Assembly (NCBI GenBank): GCA_963796275.1
Contig: CAWCKY010000006.1
Span: 224,001 to 288,000, forward strand
Length of the DNA: 64,000 bases
Origin: an uncultured Acidobacteriota bacterium
GTDB taxonomy: Bacteria; Acidobacteriota; Blastocatellia; RBC074
Direction of reading: 5' to 3'
Part shown: positions 1 through 8,762 of the stretch, piece by piece
Position numbering within the stretch: position 1 is the stretch's first letter
How the letters are laid out: the number at the start of each line of letters is the position of its first letter
Made by a program: the position numbers and the translations under genes
The notes under the pieces: generated by a model
What the model was told of the DNA's origin: nothing
Database searches by the model: none
Seen by the model: the letters and a program-made list of their open reading frames with translations, nothing else

Positions 1-1497
1 CAACTCTACGCAGGCTCGAACCTGACAAAAAATCAGCTCCTGATCTGGACCGGGCAGAAATTAAGGCCGGATGCGCCAATCTACAACGCGGCGTTGTCCT
101 TCGTTATCCAGGGTAAGATTTCGCTCGAGAACTTCCAGCGAGCGTTTCAGACGCTGGTCAATTCCAGCGACGCTTTGCGCACAGTGATCGAGGAGAGAGA
201 CGGCGTCCCGCGGCAACGAGTCATCCCTGATCTACCCTACGCCGTCGAATACCTCGACTTTTCACAGAAAGTTGATCCTGAAGCGGAGTTTGATTCCTGG
301 ATGTATCAACGACGTATTGCGCCGTTCGACTTCGCGAAACGCTTATTCGATACAGCCCTGATAAAGCTATCGGACGGGAAATTCGCCTGGTATCTAAATC
401 AGCACCACATTATCTGTGACCATCAGTCGATCTGGTTGATCTTTCAACGGATGTCTGAATTCTACGGGCGCGCTCTGGAGGGGCGGTTGGAAGAGAAGGT
501 GAAACTGCCCGTCTTTCAAGATTACCTGGATTACGAACGAGAGTATCGGAGCTCATTGCAGTATCTGAAATCAAGGGCCTATTGGGAGAGGAAACTAACC
601 GACGAGCCTGAGCCGATTGCGTTCTATGGCAAAGTTCCTCATAAGCCGACGACGCGCATCCGACATGTGACTTATAAGCTGGATTCAGAACGAACACGAA
701 AGCTTAAGGTCCTTGCGCTTTCCGCGGACGTCTTCGTGAAGACGGAGAAAGCATCGCTGTTTAATGTATTGGCCGTGGTTCTTGGGGTCCATCTCTATCA
801 CATCAGTGGAAGCCGGCGCTTTTCGCTCGGAGTCGCGTCTCACAATCGTCGTTCGGAGGCATTCACAGAGACGATCGGCGTTCTCATGGAGGTTCATCCG
901 CTGTACCTGGCGATTGAGGGCGACGATACGTTCCTTTCGTTGGTTAAAAAAGTGGCGGCCGAAGCACGAGAAACCCTAAAGCATAGCGAATTCATTATCA
1001 GTAAGAAGGCTTATGACGTATTTCTCAACTACCGTACAGCGAAATTTTCCGAGTTCGATGGCGCGCCGGCGCATCTGAAGAGGATTCACTCCGGACACGA
1101 AACTGACAGCTTAACCCTCAATTTGCACGAGGACGCTTCAACTGGAAACTTCGTTCTGGGTTTCGATTTTCATTGCGATGTTTTCAACGAGGAGCAGCGG
1201 AGCCATACGATTCAATGCTTTCTCAAAATTTTGGATTCTTTTTTGGAGGATCGTACGCAATCAATAGATCGTGTTGATCTTCTCTCGGCTGAGGAGAGAC
1301 AACGCATCCTGGTCGGGTTCAATCATAAAGAAGTGATATTTCCCGAAGACCAGACCATCACACGACTCTTTGAAAAGCAGGTCGAAGAAACGCCGGCGAA
1401 AATCGCCGCAGTTTACCAGGACGTTTCTCTGACTTTTCAGGAGTTAAACGAACAGGCGGATAAGTTAGCTAATTTGATCAGGAGGTTAAATAAATGA
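1..1497 (+). CDS. NRPS condensation domain plus the first ~50 aa of an adenylation domain (5' partial)
   Basis: The frame is open from base 1 (QLYAGSNLTKNQLLIWTGQKLRPDAPIYN, C1-like). Catalytic motif HHIICDH. The protein ends with an A-domain N-terminus, TITRLFEKQVEETP..LTFQELNEQADKLANLIRRL (A1 core). Confidence 0.9.
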   Translation, partial: QLYAGSNLTKNQLLIWTGQKLRPDAPIYNAALSFVIQGKISLENFQRAFQTLVNSSDALRTVIEERDGVPRQRVIPDLPYAVEYLDFSQKVDPEAEFDSWMYQRRIAPFDFAKRLFDTALIKLSDGKFAWYLNQHHIICDHQSIWLIFQRMSEFYGRALEGRLEEKVKLPVFQDYLDYEREYRSSLQYLKSRAYWERKLTDEPEPIAFYGKVPHKPTTRIRHVTYKLDSERTRKLKVLALSADVFVKTEKASLFNVLAVVLGVHLYHISGSRRFSLGVASHNRRSEAFTETIGVLMEVHPLYLAIEGDDTFLSLVKKVAAEARETLKHSEFIISKKAYDVFLNYRTAKFSEFDGAPAHLKRIHSGHETDSLTLNLHEDASTGNFVLGFDFHCDVFNEEQRSHTIQCFLKILDSFLEDRTQSIDRVDLLSAEERQRILVGFNHKEVIFPEDQTITRLFEKQVEETPAKIAAVYQDVSLTFQELNEQADKLANLIRRLNK

Positions 1498-2816
1498 TTC
1501 GAAACAGGCAATATGTAATCAAAAGATCAGAGCTCCAGTCCATTGAGGCTTTGCCCGAGGTGATTGGAAAAATGTTAGGCGACAAGGCTCTCCGCTGGTA
1601 CATCGGCCAAGTTACCGATGACGAAATCGTCGTTGAAGCGACGATTTGCGATGAACGGATCGGCCATTTCAGCGAATCGGTGGTCGCTCACCATTATCCG
1701 GGTAAAAGCGTCGTTCTAAGCATTATCCCGACCGGCGTCGGTTGTAATCTCGGCGGCTACGCCGGCGATGCCGCGCCAGCCACCAGCTTGCTGGCCTCGA
1801 CCGCGGACTATTTGATCACGAATCCCAACGCAGTCAATGCTTCGGACTTTATCAAGATGGATGACAATGTCGTCTACACCGAAGGCTTCTCAATCGACCT
1901 ATTTTGTCAGGGGCTCGTTAATCTGTACCGGCCATACTCAAACAGAGTCGGTCTGATCATTGAAAAAACGGTTGCCAGCGGGCTGGACGTCGTTTTCAAC
2001 ATTCTCAACGCGGTGAGAGCGACGCACGGAGTCGATATCCAGGATTACGTGATCACGGACCAGCCAATTGGCGGACGCTGCGTCGAGAACAATGTCGGAG
2101 CGTTTGTCGGAACGATTGATAACCCCGGCGTATTGTTTGAAGCTTGCGAAAAACTGATAGCAAAAGGCGTTGACGCTATTGCTGTCACGAGCAATATTCA
2201 AGACTTGCCCGCGGAAAACTATGCGAAGCATTTCGCCGGCGAGTATCCAAACCCCGTCGGCGGCGTTGAAGCGGTCATCTCACACTTGATTACCAAGCGA
2301 TTTCAGGTACCTGCGGCTCACGGGCCACTGCTGAATATAAAGCAGCTGGACCTGGCGCGTAACATAGTTGACGCCAGGGGAGCCGGCGAGATGGCGTCTC
2401 TAAGCGGCCTGGCTTGCGTGTTGATCGGCCTGAAAAGAGCGCCGCAGATCACGCCTCGGCCGGATAGCCGTGTCGCGGACATAATCAATATCAATAACCT
2501 CCTGGCGATAGTGACACCGGCGGGTTGTCTGGGAAGCATTCCCGTGCTCTCCACGAGGAAATACAAGATACCCGTAATTGCCGTCCGGGAGAATGAAACG
2601 ATCTTGAATATTACTCAGTCAATGGTTCGGTTGAATAACGTTGTCGAGGTAAGCAACTACGCCGAAGCCGCCGGCATCATCCTGGCTTTGAAGAAGGGGA
2701 TAAGTCTCGAAGGCATATCAAGACCTTTACGAACATTGAGACATTCGGTTGGAGCGGAGAGTCAGGATCAGCTGAGCGGGAGGGGGGATGCTTATGAGGA
2801 ACAACTCGTCGCATAG
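1494..2816 (+). CDS. DUF3326 family protein (unknown function) lying inside the split A domain
   Basis: Motifs IIPTGVGCNLGGYAGDA, LITNPNAVNA, GGVEAVISH and AEAAG are characteristic of DUF3326. ATGA overlap with the upstream gene; SD AGGAGG at 1480-1485. Confidence 0.85.
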   Translation: MIRNRQYVIKRSELQSIEALPEVIGKMLGDKALRWYIGQVTDDEIVVEATICDERIGHFSESVVAHHYPGKSVVLSIIPTGVGCNLGGYAGDAAPATSLLASTADYLITNPNAVNASDFIKMDDNVVYTEGFSIDLFCQGLVNLYRPYSNRVGLIIEKTVASGLDVVFNILNAVRATHGVDIQDYVITDQPIGGRCVENNVGAFVGTIDNPGVLFEACEKLIAKGVDAIAVTSNIQDLPAENYAKHFAGEYPNPVGGVEAVISHLITKRFQVPAAHGPLLNIKQLDLARNIVDARGAGEMASLSGLACVLIGLKRAPQITPRPDSRVADIININNLLAIVTPAGCLGSIPVLSTRKYKIPVIAVRENETILNITQSMVRLNNVVEVSNYAEAAGIILALKKGISLEGISRPLRTLRHSVGAESQDQLSGRGDAYEEQLVA

Positions 2817-5800
2817 TTTGATCGGACTGATGGCCGACCGGCGTCCCGATCTGTTAATAGGGATGCTTGGAATATTGAAGTCCGGAAGCGGTTTTGCGCC
2901 GATAGATCCGGATTATCCGGACGAACGGATCAATTACATCATTGACGACTGCCGGATCGAGATTCTGGTCACAGAAGAAAAACGCCTGGCCAGGGCGATT
3001 GAAATCTCCAGGAAAAGCCCTACGCTGAAGAATATTATCTGCCTGGATAAGGTGAGGAGGAAGGAGGCTGCCCATCGCGATGAGGTTCAGATTTACGATT
3101 GTAACGATTATGCCGCCAAAGAACGGGCGCCGGAAAAGTGCGACGTAGAGCCTGATCAGTTGGCCTATGTGATCTATACCTCAGGGTCGACCGGCGTTCC
3201 CAAAGGCGTTCCGATCACACATAGAAATCTCAGCCCGTTGTTATGCTGGAGCAAGGAATATTTCAACCTCGGCGAATGCACGAAGGTACTGCAAAATCTC
3301 AACTACTGCTTTGATTTCGGAGTCTTCGAGTTACTAACTACTGTCCTTTTCGGTGGAACATTACATTTCGTGGACAGAGATGAGTTGAGCGATTTTGCGG
3401 AGTATGCCGGCTATATCGATAAACACAGAATCAATACCATCCACTCCACTCCGTCATTTTTTAGAAATCTTCTTACCTTTAGTGACAAGCTGGAGAGTCT
3501 GGAAACGCTCCACCTGGGTGGTGAGCCATTAACCGGGAACATGGTTGATGAGGTATTTAACAAAGTCGGAAGCGGCTGTGTTCTATACAACGGCTATGGT
3601 CCTACTGAAACAACCATCAATTGTTCCATCTTTGAGGTCGGCAATAGGTCAGCCTGGAAGGATAAGGCTTTCGCGAATATCCCGATCGGGAAGCCGTCGG
3701 CCAATAATTTGATCTATATCTTAAACAAGGGATGCGAACCTGCGTTGCCCGGCGCGCCGGCAGAACTTTATGTTGGCGGCGCCGGATTGGCTTACGGTTA
3801 TCTCAATCGAGCTGATCTCACTGCCGAACGCTTCGTCCCCAACCCCTTTAGCAAAGAACCGGGCGCTCACATGTACCGAACCGGGGACCTGGCTCGCTAT
3901 ATGCCCAACGGCGCCATCGAGTTTTTAGGTCGCATCGACGACCAGGTGAAGGTGCGCGGCTTCCGCATTGAACTGGGAGAGATTGAATCGGCGTTGAGTG
4001 GGCATCCCGCCGTTCAAGAAACGGTGGTTATGGCCCTAGGGGGCGTGGACGGCAATAAGCGCCTGGTGGCTTACCTCGTTCCTAAATCGGAGGTTGTGCC
4101 GGCCATCAGCGAGCTGCGTAGTTTTCTACAAGAGAAGCTGCCCGAGTATATGATGCCCTCAGCTTATGTTTTTCTCGGCGCCTTGCCGCTGACGCCCAAC
4201 GGCAAGGTGGATAGGCGAGCTTTGCCGGAACCCGATCAGACTCGACCGGAGTTGGCTAATCACTTGGTCGCCCCACGCGACCGGAAAGAGGAAATCCTGG
4301 CTGAGATTTGGGCAGAGGTCATCGGCGTCGAGCGAGTGGGCGTCTACGATAACTTCTTCGAGTTGGGCGGAGATTCCATGAAAAGCATTCAGGTGGTGGC
4401 CCGCGCCAACCGGGTGGGACTCCACTTCACACCCGCCCAGTTGTTCCAGCATCCCACGATTGCAAAGTTGGTTCAGTCAGCTGGCGCTTCTGAACCAACA
4501 CGGGCGGAACAGGGCATCGTCACGGGGCCGGTTCCGCTGACGCCGATTCAGCGCTCCTTCTTTGAACGGCAATTGGTGGATCCGCATCACTGGAATTGGT
4601 CCTTCCTGCGCGAAACGCCGCAACCTTTGAATCCCGCGCTGCTGGAACAGGCCATCAAGCATTTGCTCGGCCATCATGACGCATTGCGCTTGCGGTTCTA
4701 TCACTCAGAGTCAGGCTGGCGGCAATTCAACCACGGTTTAGATGAAAGCGCGCCTTTAACATTCATTGATCTGTCGCAGTTTGGACGTGAAGAACAGGTC
4801 GCGGCCCTGGAATCCACTGCCGCCGCGCTGCAGGGCAGTTTGAACCTTTCGGAAGGGCCATTGATGCGTGTGGCCTACTTCATGATGGGCGGAAAGCAGA
4901 CTGATCGCGCGTTGCTGATCTTCCACCATCTGGCGGTTGATGTGGTTTCAGCCCACATCCTGATGGAAGACTTCCAGACGATCTATCGGCAACTCAGTCT
5001 CGGTGAAGCGGTCGAACTCCCGCCCAAGACGACCTCTTTCCGCCAATGGTCGTTGCGGTTGGCCGAGCATGCGCAATCGAGTGAGTTGAAACAGGAGTTG
5101 AGTTACTGGATGGAAAGTTTGAGCGGCGAAAGACCGTCTTTACCACTCGATTACCCGACGGGCGTTAACAGCGAGGCTTCGTCCGCAGCGGTTTTGACCG
5201 CGTTCAGCGTGGATGAGACGCGGACGCTGTTGCAGGAGCTGCCGGCGGCTACCGGCGCACGGATGCAGGATTTCTTGCTGACGGCGCTCACCCGGTCGTG
5301 GGCGCGGTGGACGGGGCAGCAGCGGCTGCTCGTTGATGTAGACGGGCACGGGCGCGAATACATACTGGATGACGTGGACCTCTCGCGGACAGTGGGCTGG
5401 TTTACGAGCGTCTATCCAATGTTGTTGGACATTGGTGACGCGGCTGAGCCGGGCGAGGCGCTGCGTATTATTCAAGCGCAAATGCGGCGCGTTGCGAATC
5501 GGGGAATCGGCTTTGGTCTGTTGCGCTATCTCTGCGATGACGAGGAAGTGAGAAGGCGAATGAGCGCGGCGCCGCGAGCCGAAGTGAATTTCAATTTTCA
5601 GGGACAGCTTGATCAGCTTGATCAGCAGGGGGCCAATCGCAATGGTATGTCATTCCGGCAGGCGCGGGAAAACAAGGGACCGGAGCGGAGCTTGAGAGGG
5701 CAGAGGAGTTATCGGCTCTATGCAGTGGGGAATGTGCGTGGCGGGGTGTTGAGTATGCGCTGGAGCTACAGCGCGAACCTGCACAAGCGGAGCACGATCG

Positions 5801-5859
5801 AACGCCTGGCCGCGAGTTTCGCTAAGGAATTGCGGCGTCTGATCGCACACTGTCTCTAG
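2788..5859 (+). CDS. NRPS protein: A domain from core A2 onward, PCP, and epimerization-like domain
   Basis: ILKSGSGFAPIDP (A2), YTSGSTGVPKG (A3), YGPTE, YRTGDL, QVKVRGFRIELGEIE, NGKVDR; PCP motif LGGDS; E motifs HHLAVD, RTVGWFT, RGIGFGLLRYL. The real start may be ATG 2794 (SD GGGAGGGG at 2778-2786). Confidence 0.95.
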   Translation: MLMRNNSSHSLIGLMADRRPDLLIGMLGILKSGSGFAPIDPDYPDERINYIIDDCRIEILVTEEKRLARAIEISRKSPTLKNIICLDKVRRKEAAHRDEVQIYDCNDYAAKERAPEKCDVEPDQLAYVIYTSGSTGVPKGVPITHRNLSPLLCWSKEYFNLGECTKVLQNLNYCFDFGVFELLTTVLFGGTLHFVDRDELSDFAEYAGYIDKHRINTIHSTPSFFRNLLTFSDKLESLETLHLGGEPLTGNMVDEVFNKVGSGCVLYNGYGPTETTINCSIFEVGNRSAWKDKAFANIPIGKPSANNLIYILNKGCEPALPGAPAELYVGGAGLAYGYLNRADLTAERFVPNPFSKEPGAHMYRTGDLARYMPNGAIEFLGRIDDQVKVRGFRIELGEIESALSGHPAVQETVVMALGGVDGNKRLVAYLVPKSEVVPAISELRSFLQEKLPEYMMPSAYVFLGALPLTPNGKVDRRALPEPDQTRPELANHLVAPRDRKEEILAEIWAEVIGVERVGVYDNFFELGGDSMKSIQVVARANRVGLHFTPAQLFQHPTIAKLVQSAGASEPTRAEQGIVTGPVPLTPIQRSFFERQLVDPHHWNWSFLRETPQPLNPALLEQAIKHLLGHHDALRLRFYHSESGWRQFNHGLDESAPLTFIDLSQFGREEQVAALESTAAALQGSLNLSEGPLMRVAYFMMGGKQTDRALLIFHHLAVDVVSAHILMEDFQTIYRQLSLGEAVELPPKTTSFRQWSLRLAEHAQSSELKQELSYWMESLSGERPSLPLDYPTGVNSEASSAAVLTAFSVDETRTLLQELPAATGARMQDFLLTALTRSWARWTGQQRLLVDVDGHGREYILDDVDLSRTVGWFTSVYPMLLDIGDAAEPGEALRIIQAQMRRVANRGIGFGLLRYLCDDEEVRRRMSAAPRAEVNFNFQGQLDQLDQQGANRNGMSFRQARENKGPERSLRGQRSYRLYAVGNVRGGVLSMRWSYSANLHKRSTIERLAASFAKELRRLIAHCL

Positions 5860-5940
5860 CCAGCAGCTAAATCAAATCTCGTATGCTCCGATTTAGCATA
5901 CGCAAGACGGCCGATCACGGTGGAAGGGTAGTCTGAGGAT

Positions 5941-7293
5941 ATGGAGCAAATTAAACAGAAGACTGTAATAGTAAATTTGATCGCAAGTATGACCGCCTTT
6001 GAACCGGTTGCAGCGCCGGCGAGAGAGAAGACCGCGCCGGCGCGTCCTGACAAGCTGCTGAATCGAAATTTCGTTTTACTCTGGATGGGGCAGGCCGTCA
6101 GTCAATTGGGCTCGCAGGTCTATGTGATAGCGATGATGTTCTGGATCAAACACGCCACCGACTCCGCCAGTTTGATCGGGTCAATGATGATGCTCTCCAG
6201 CATTCCGAATGTGATTCTCAGCGGGATCGGCGGCGCATTCGCCGACCGCCATTCTCGCCGCAAAATCATCGTTTGCAGCGATCTGTTGAGAAGCGGTCTC
6301 GTTCTCTCAATGGCGGGACTGCTCTATCTGGCGCCTAACGCCACGGATACCATCATTGTCTGGTTCATGGGAGTGACGTTTTGCATGTCCGCCACGGCGG
6401 CGTTTTTTACTCCGGCGATGTCGGCCGCGATTCCCGACCTGACGCCGCAGAGCGCAATTGGAAAGGCGAACTCATTACGCCAAACCACCGCGCAGTTGGC
6501 CATATTTATCGGGCAAGGGTTGGGCGGGATGCTTTTTCGCCTTTTGGGGGCGCCGTTGCTCGTTTTGGTCAACGGCTTGAGCTTTCTGTTTGCCGCCGTC
6601 AGCGAATCCTTCATCAGAATTCCCCAGAAGATCCCGGAAAGGAGCGGCGGGCGAAAAGAGCGATTCGCCGCCTTCAAGAAGGAGATTGCGGAAGGATTGC
6701 GTTACGTATGGAAAGGGCCGGGGCTGAGACGGCTCTTTTTCTTTTCGGCTATCTTCAACTTTTTCACCATGCCGGTCGTCGTGCTTCTACCTTTTTACGT
6801 GGAGGATTTTCTAAAGCTACGAGTTGATTGGTATGGCTATTTGATCGCGACCTTCGGAGTTGGCGTACTGACGGGGGCATTATCCACCGGCTTCGTCAAG
6901 CTGAGGGGGAAAGTTCGCGGGAGATTGATGATCTGGTTTGCGATCTTCAACTCTCTGATCGTCGGGGCACTCGGTTTTGTTCCCGACGTGAAGGTCGCGC
7001 TTATTCTCGCGTTTCTGATGGGTGCGCTCGGTTCGTTCAACGGGATCAACATTGCGACGATCCTGCAATTGAGTACGCCGAGCGAGATTCGCGGGCGCGC
7101 ATTCGGATTGCTGCACACACTTTCGGGCAGTCTCGCACCGATCGGCATGGGGCTGGGTGGCTTCATGTACGACCTGGTAAATCAAGATATCACGCTCATC
7201 TATGCGGGATGCGGCGTGGTCATGGTTTTGTTATCACTCTTGGTCTCAATGAGCCGCGAATTCCGGGAATTTCTGGCTTACGAGCCGCAATAG
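5941..7293 (+). CDS. MFS transporter (DHA3/MefA-like exporter)
   Basis: About 12 hydrophobic helices, MFS motif [13 protein letters not shown]-terminal [17 protein letters not shown] and C-terminal half EIRGRAFG. Confidence 0.9.
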   Translation: MEQIKQKTVIVNLIASMTAFEPVAAPAREKTAPARPDKLLNRNFVLLWMGQAVSQLGSQVYVIAMMFWIKHATDSASLIGSMMMLSSIPNVILSGIGGAFADRHSRRKIIVCSDLLRSGLVLSMAGLLYLAPNATDTIIVWFMGVTFCMSATAAFFTPAMSAAIPDLTPQSAIGKANSLRQTTAQLAIFIGQGLGGMLFRLLGAPLLVLVNGLSFLFAAVSESFIRIPQKIPERSGGRKERFAAFKKEIAEGLRYVWKGPGLRRLFFFSAIFNFFTMPVVVLLPFYVEDFLKLRVDWYGYLIATFGVGVLTGALSTGFVKLRGKVRGRLMIWFAIFNSLIVGALGFVPDVKVALILAFLMGALGSFNGINIATILQLSTPSEIRGRAFGLLHTLSGSLAPIGMGLGGFMYDLVNQDITLIYAGCGVVMVLLSLLVSMSREFREFLAYEPQ

Positions 7294-7304
7294 AAGGAGG
7301 AAAA

Positions 7305-7892
7305 ATGAATAGAGAAGAGAAAGAAGATACGACAGTCTACAAGGTGGTTTTGAACCACGAGGAGCAGTATTCGATCTGGCCTGAATACAAGGAGAACCCG
7401 CTGGGTTGGAAGGATATCGGGAAGGCAGGACCGAAAGCCGAATGTCTGGCCTACATCAAGGAGGTATGGACGGATATGAGACCGCTCAGTCTCAGGCGAA
7501 AGATGGAAGAGTTGGCTAGAAATCCTCTTCCTCCGCTTCCGCCACCAGATCCTGACAGGCCGCGCGAGAAGAGCCTCGTGCAGAGGCTCAGCGAGGGCGA
7601 TCATCCCGTCGAAGTCAGCCTACGCCCTGAAAAGACGGCAAAGCTCTTCAAAGAGGCAGTCGACCGCGGCTACGTGCATATAAAGTTTACTGACACCCGG
7701 GGAGGCACGGAATTGGGCGTCAGACTCGATCGGGAGGCGACTGATCTGGGCAACGCTGACTTCGAGGGACAGACTGGCAGGGTTCGCCTGGCTGGAGGTT
7801 TGACGCTCGACTACGTAAAGGTTCGCCTCATCGCTGAAATAGACCTGAATACGCTGACAGGCAAAGGTCATCTCGATCCTGTAGTAGCCTAA
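7305..7892 (+). CDS. mbtH: MbtH-like protein fused to a ~110 aa C-terminal domain
   Basis: MbtH signature [43 protein letters not shown] precedes ATG 7305. A Pro-rich linker leads into an additional beta-rich domain. Confidence 0.9.
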   Translation: MNREEKEDTTVYKVVLNHEEQYSIWPEYKENPLGWKDIGKAGPKAECLAYIKEVWTDMRPLSLRRKMEELARNPLPPLPPPDPDRPREKSLVQRLSEGDHPVEVSLRPEKTAKLFKEAVDRGYVHIKFTDTRGGTELGVRLDREATDLGNADFEGQTGRVRLAGGLTLDYVKVRLIAEIDLNTLTGKGHLDPVVA

Positions 7893-7993
7893 GCTAAGAG
7901 CAGGTTTAAAAGTTCCTTGAAGCCCTGAAAGGGCAGTATGTAATGCCCAGAGGTAGAGCGACAGGTGAGCCCTGGTAACTGGTAAGTGAATCG

Positions 7994-8076
7994 ATCAGTA
8001 CCGCGAGCGGTAGCGAGCGTCGTACCCGAACCAGTTGATTGATTGAGACTCGCTCGCTACCGCTCGCGGTACTGAT
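7994..8076. repeat. Perfect 26-bp inverted repeat (REP/REPIN-like)
   Basis: ATCAGTACCGCGAGCGGTAGCGAGCG at 7994-8019 and its exact reverse complement at 8051-8076, intergenic. Confidence 0.9.
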
Positions 8077-8233
8077 TCGTCGATAATCAAAATAACTTGG
8101 ACTTAGTACATCGCGTACGAAATTCATCTAAATATTTTTTGCTCCAGCATTTTCCTGTTAAAGAGCAGGCCAATAGGAAGATGCCGGAGTATTTGTTGAC
8201 GGACTATCAATGATTTTTTGGGAGGAATAAACC

Positions 8234-8548
8234 ATGAGCAAAATGGGAAGGTACTGCAAAGCTTATCCGATCAATCGTTTTCGTGAATACCAGAGATGGG
8301 CTGAAAAGACTGAAAATTTCCGGATAGAGATAGAGGCGCCGGGCGACAGTCGGGAACCTGAGAAAAGTCATTTATATCTTCAGGAGAACTACTTTGTAAC
8401 GGACGGAATCTTCATTGATGAGAACGTCATCTTTGACGATGTTACTCCTGGGTGGATGGATTTTTGCAAAAACACTCTGCAATTCGATGTTCCTGTCTAT
8501 GAGCCCGTTACGATGAAGCAGGAAGAAGCTGAGCAGTCGGCTTCCTGA
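8234..8548 (+). CDS. Conserved hypothetical protein within the NRPS cluster
   Basis: Strong SD GGAGGA; 104 aa; motifs MGRYCKAY and LYLQENYFVTDGIFIDENVIFD. Confidence 0.75.
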   Translation: MSKMGRYCKAYPINRFREYQRWAEKTENFRIEIEAPGDSREPEKSHLYLQENYFVTDGIFIDENVIFDDVTPGWMDFCKNTLQFDVPVYEPVTMKQEEAEQSAS

Positions 8549-8762
8549 TAGGGCGGGTGATGAATAACGGGGTTATGAAGTCCCGGCCGACTCCCGGGCG
8601 TCAGGATGAGGGAACCGCTCTCCAAGTGGATTCCACCGCTCGTCGAAAGCCGTACCGCAAAACCTGGAGAGCATCGTTAGACGAAGTTGCGTGTTCATGG
8701 TCCTCAAGGCACGTTTCTGTACGCCTCATTCCATCAATTATTTTTAGGAGGAAAATACACTT

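Noticed and set aside
1494-2816. Insertion sequence, intron or intein interrupting the NRPS
   Set aside because: No transposase, reverse transcriptase, homing endonuclease or intein motifs, and no terminal inverted repeats or target duplication seen; the gene has its own coupled translation signals.
6828-7304. Long N-terminal extension of the MbtH ORF in the track
   Set aside because: It overlaps the MFS gene out of frame, and a strong SD marks the real start at 7305.
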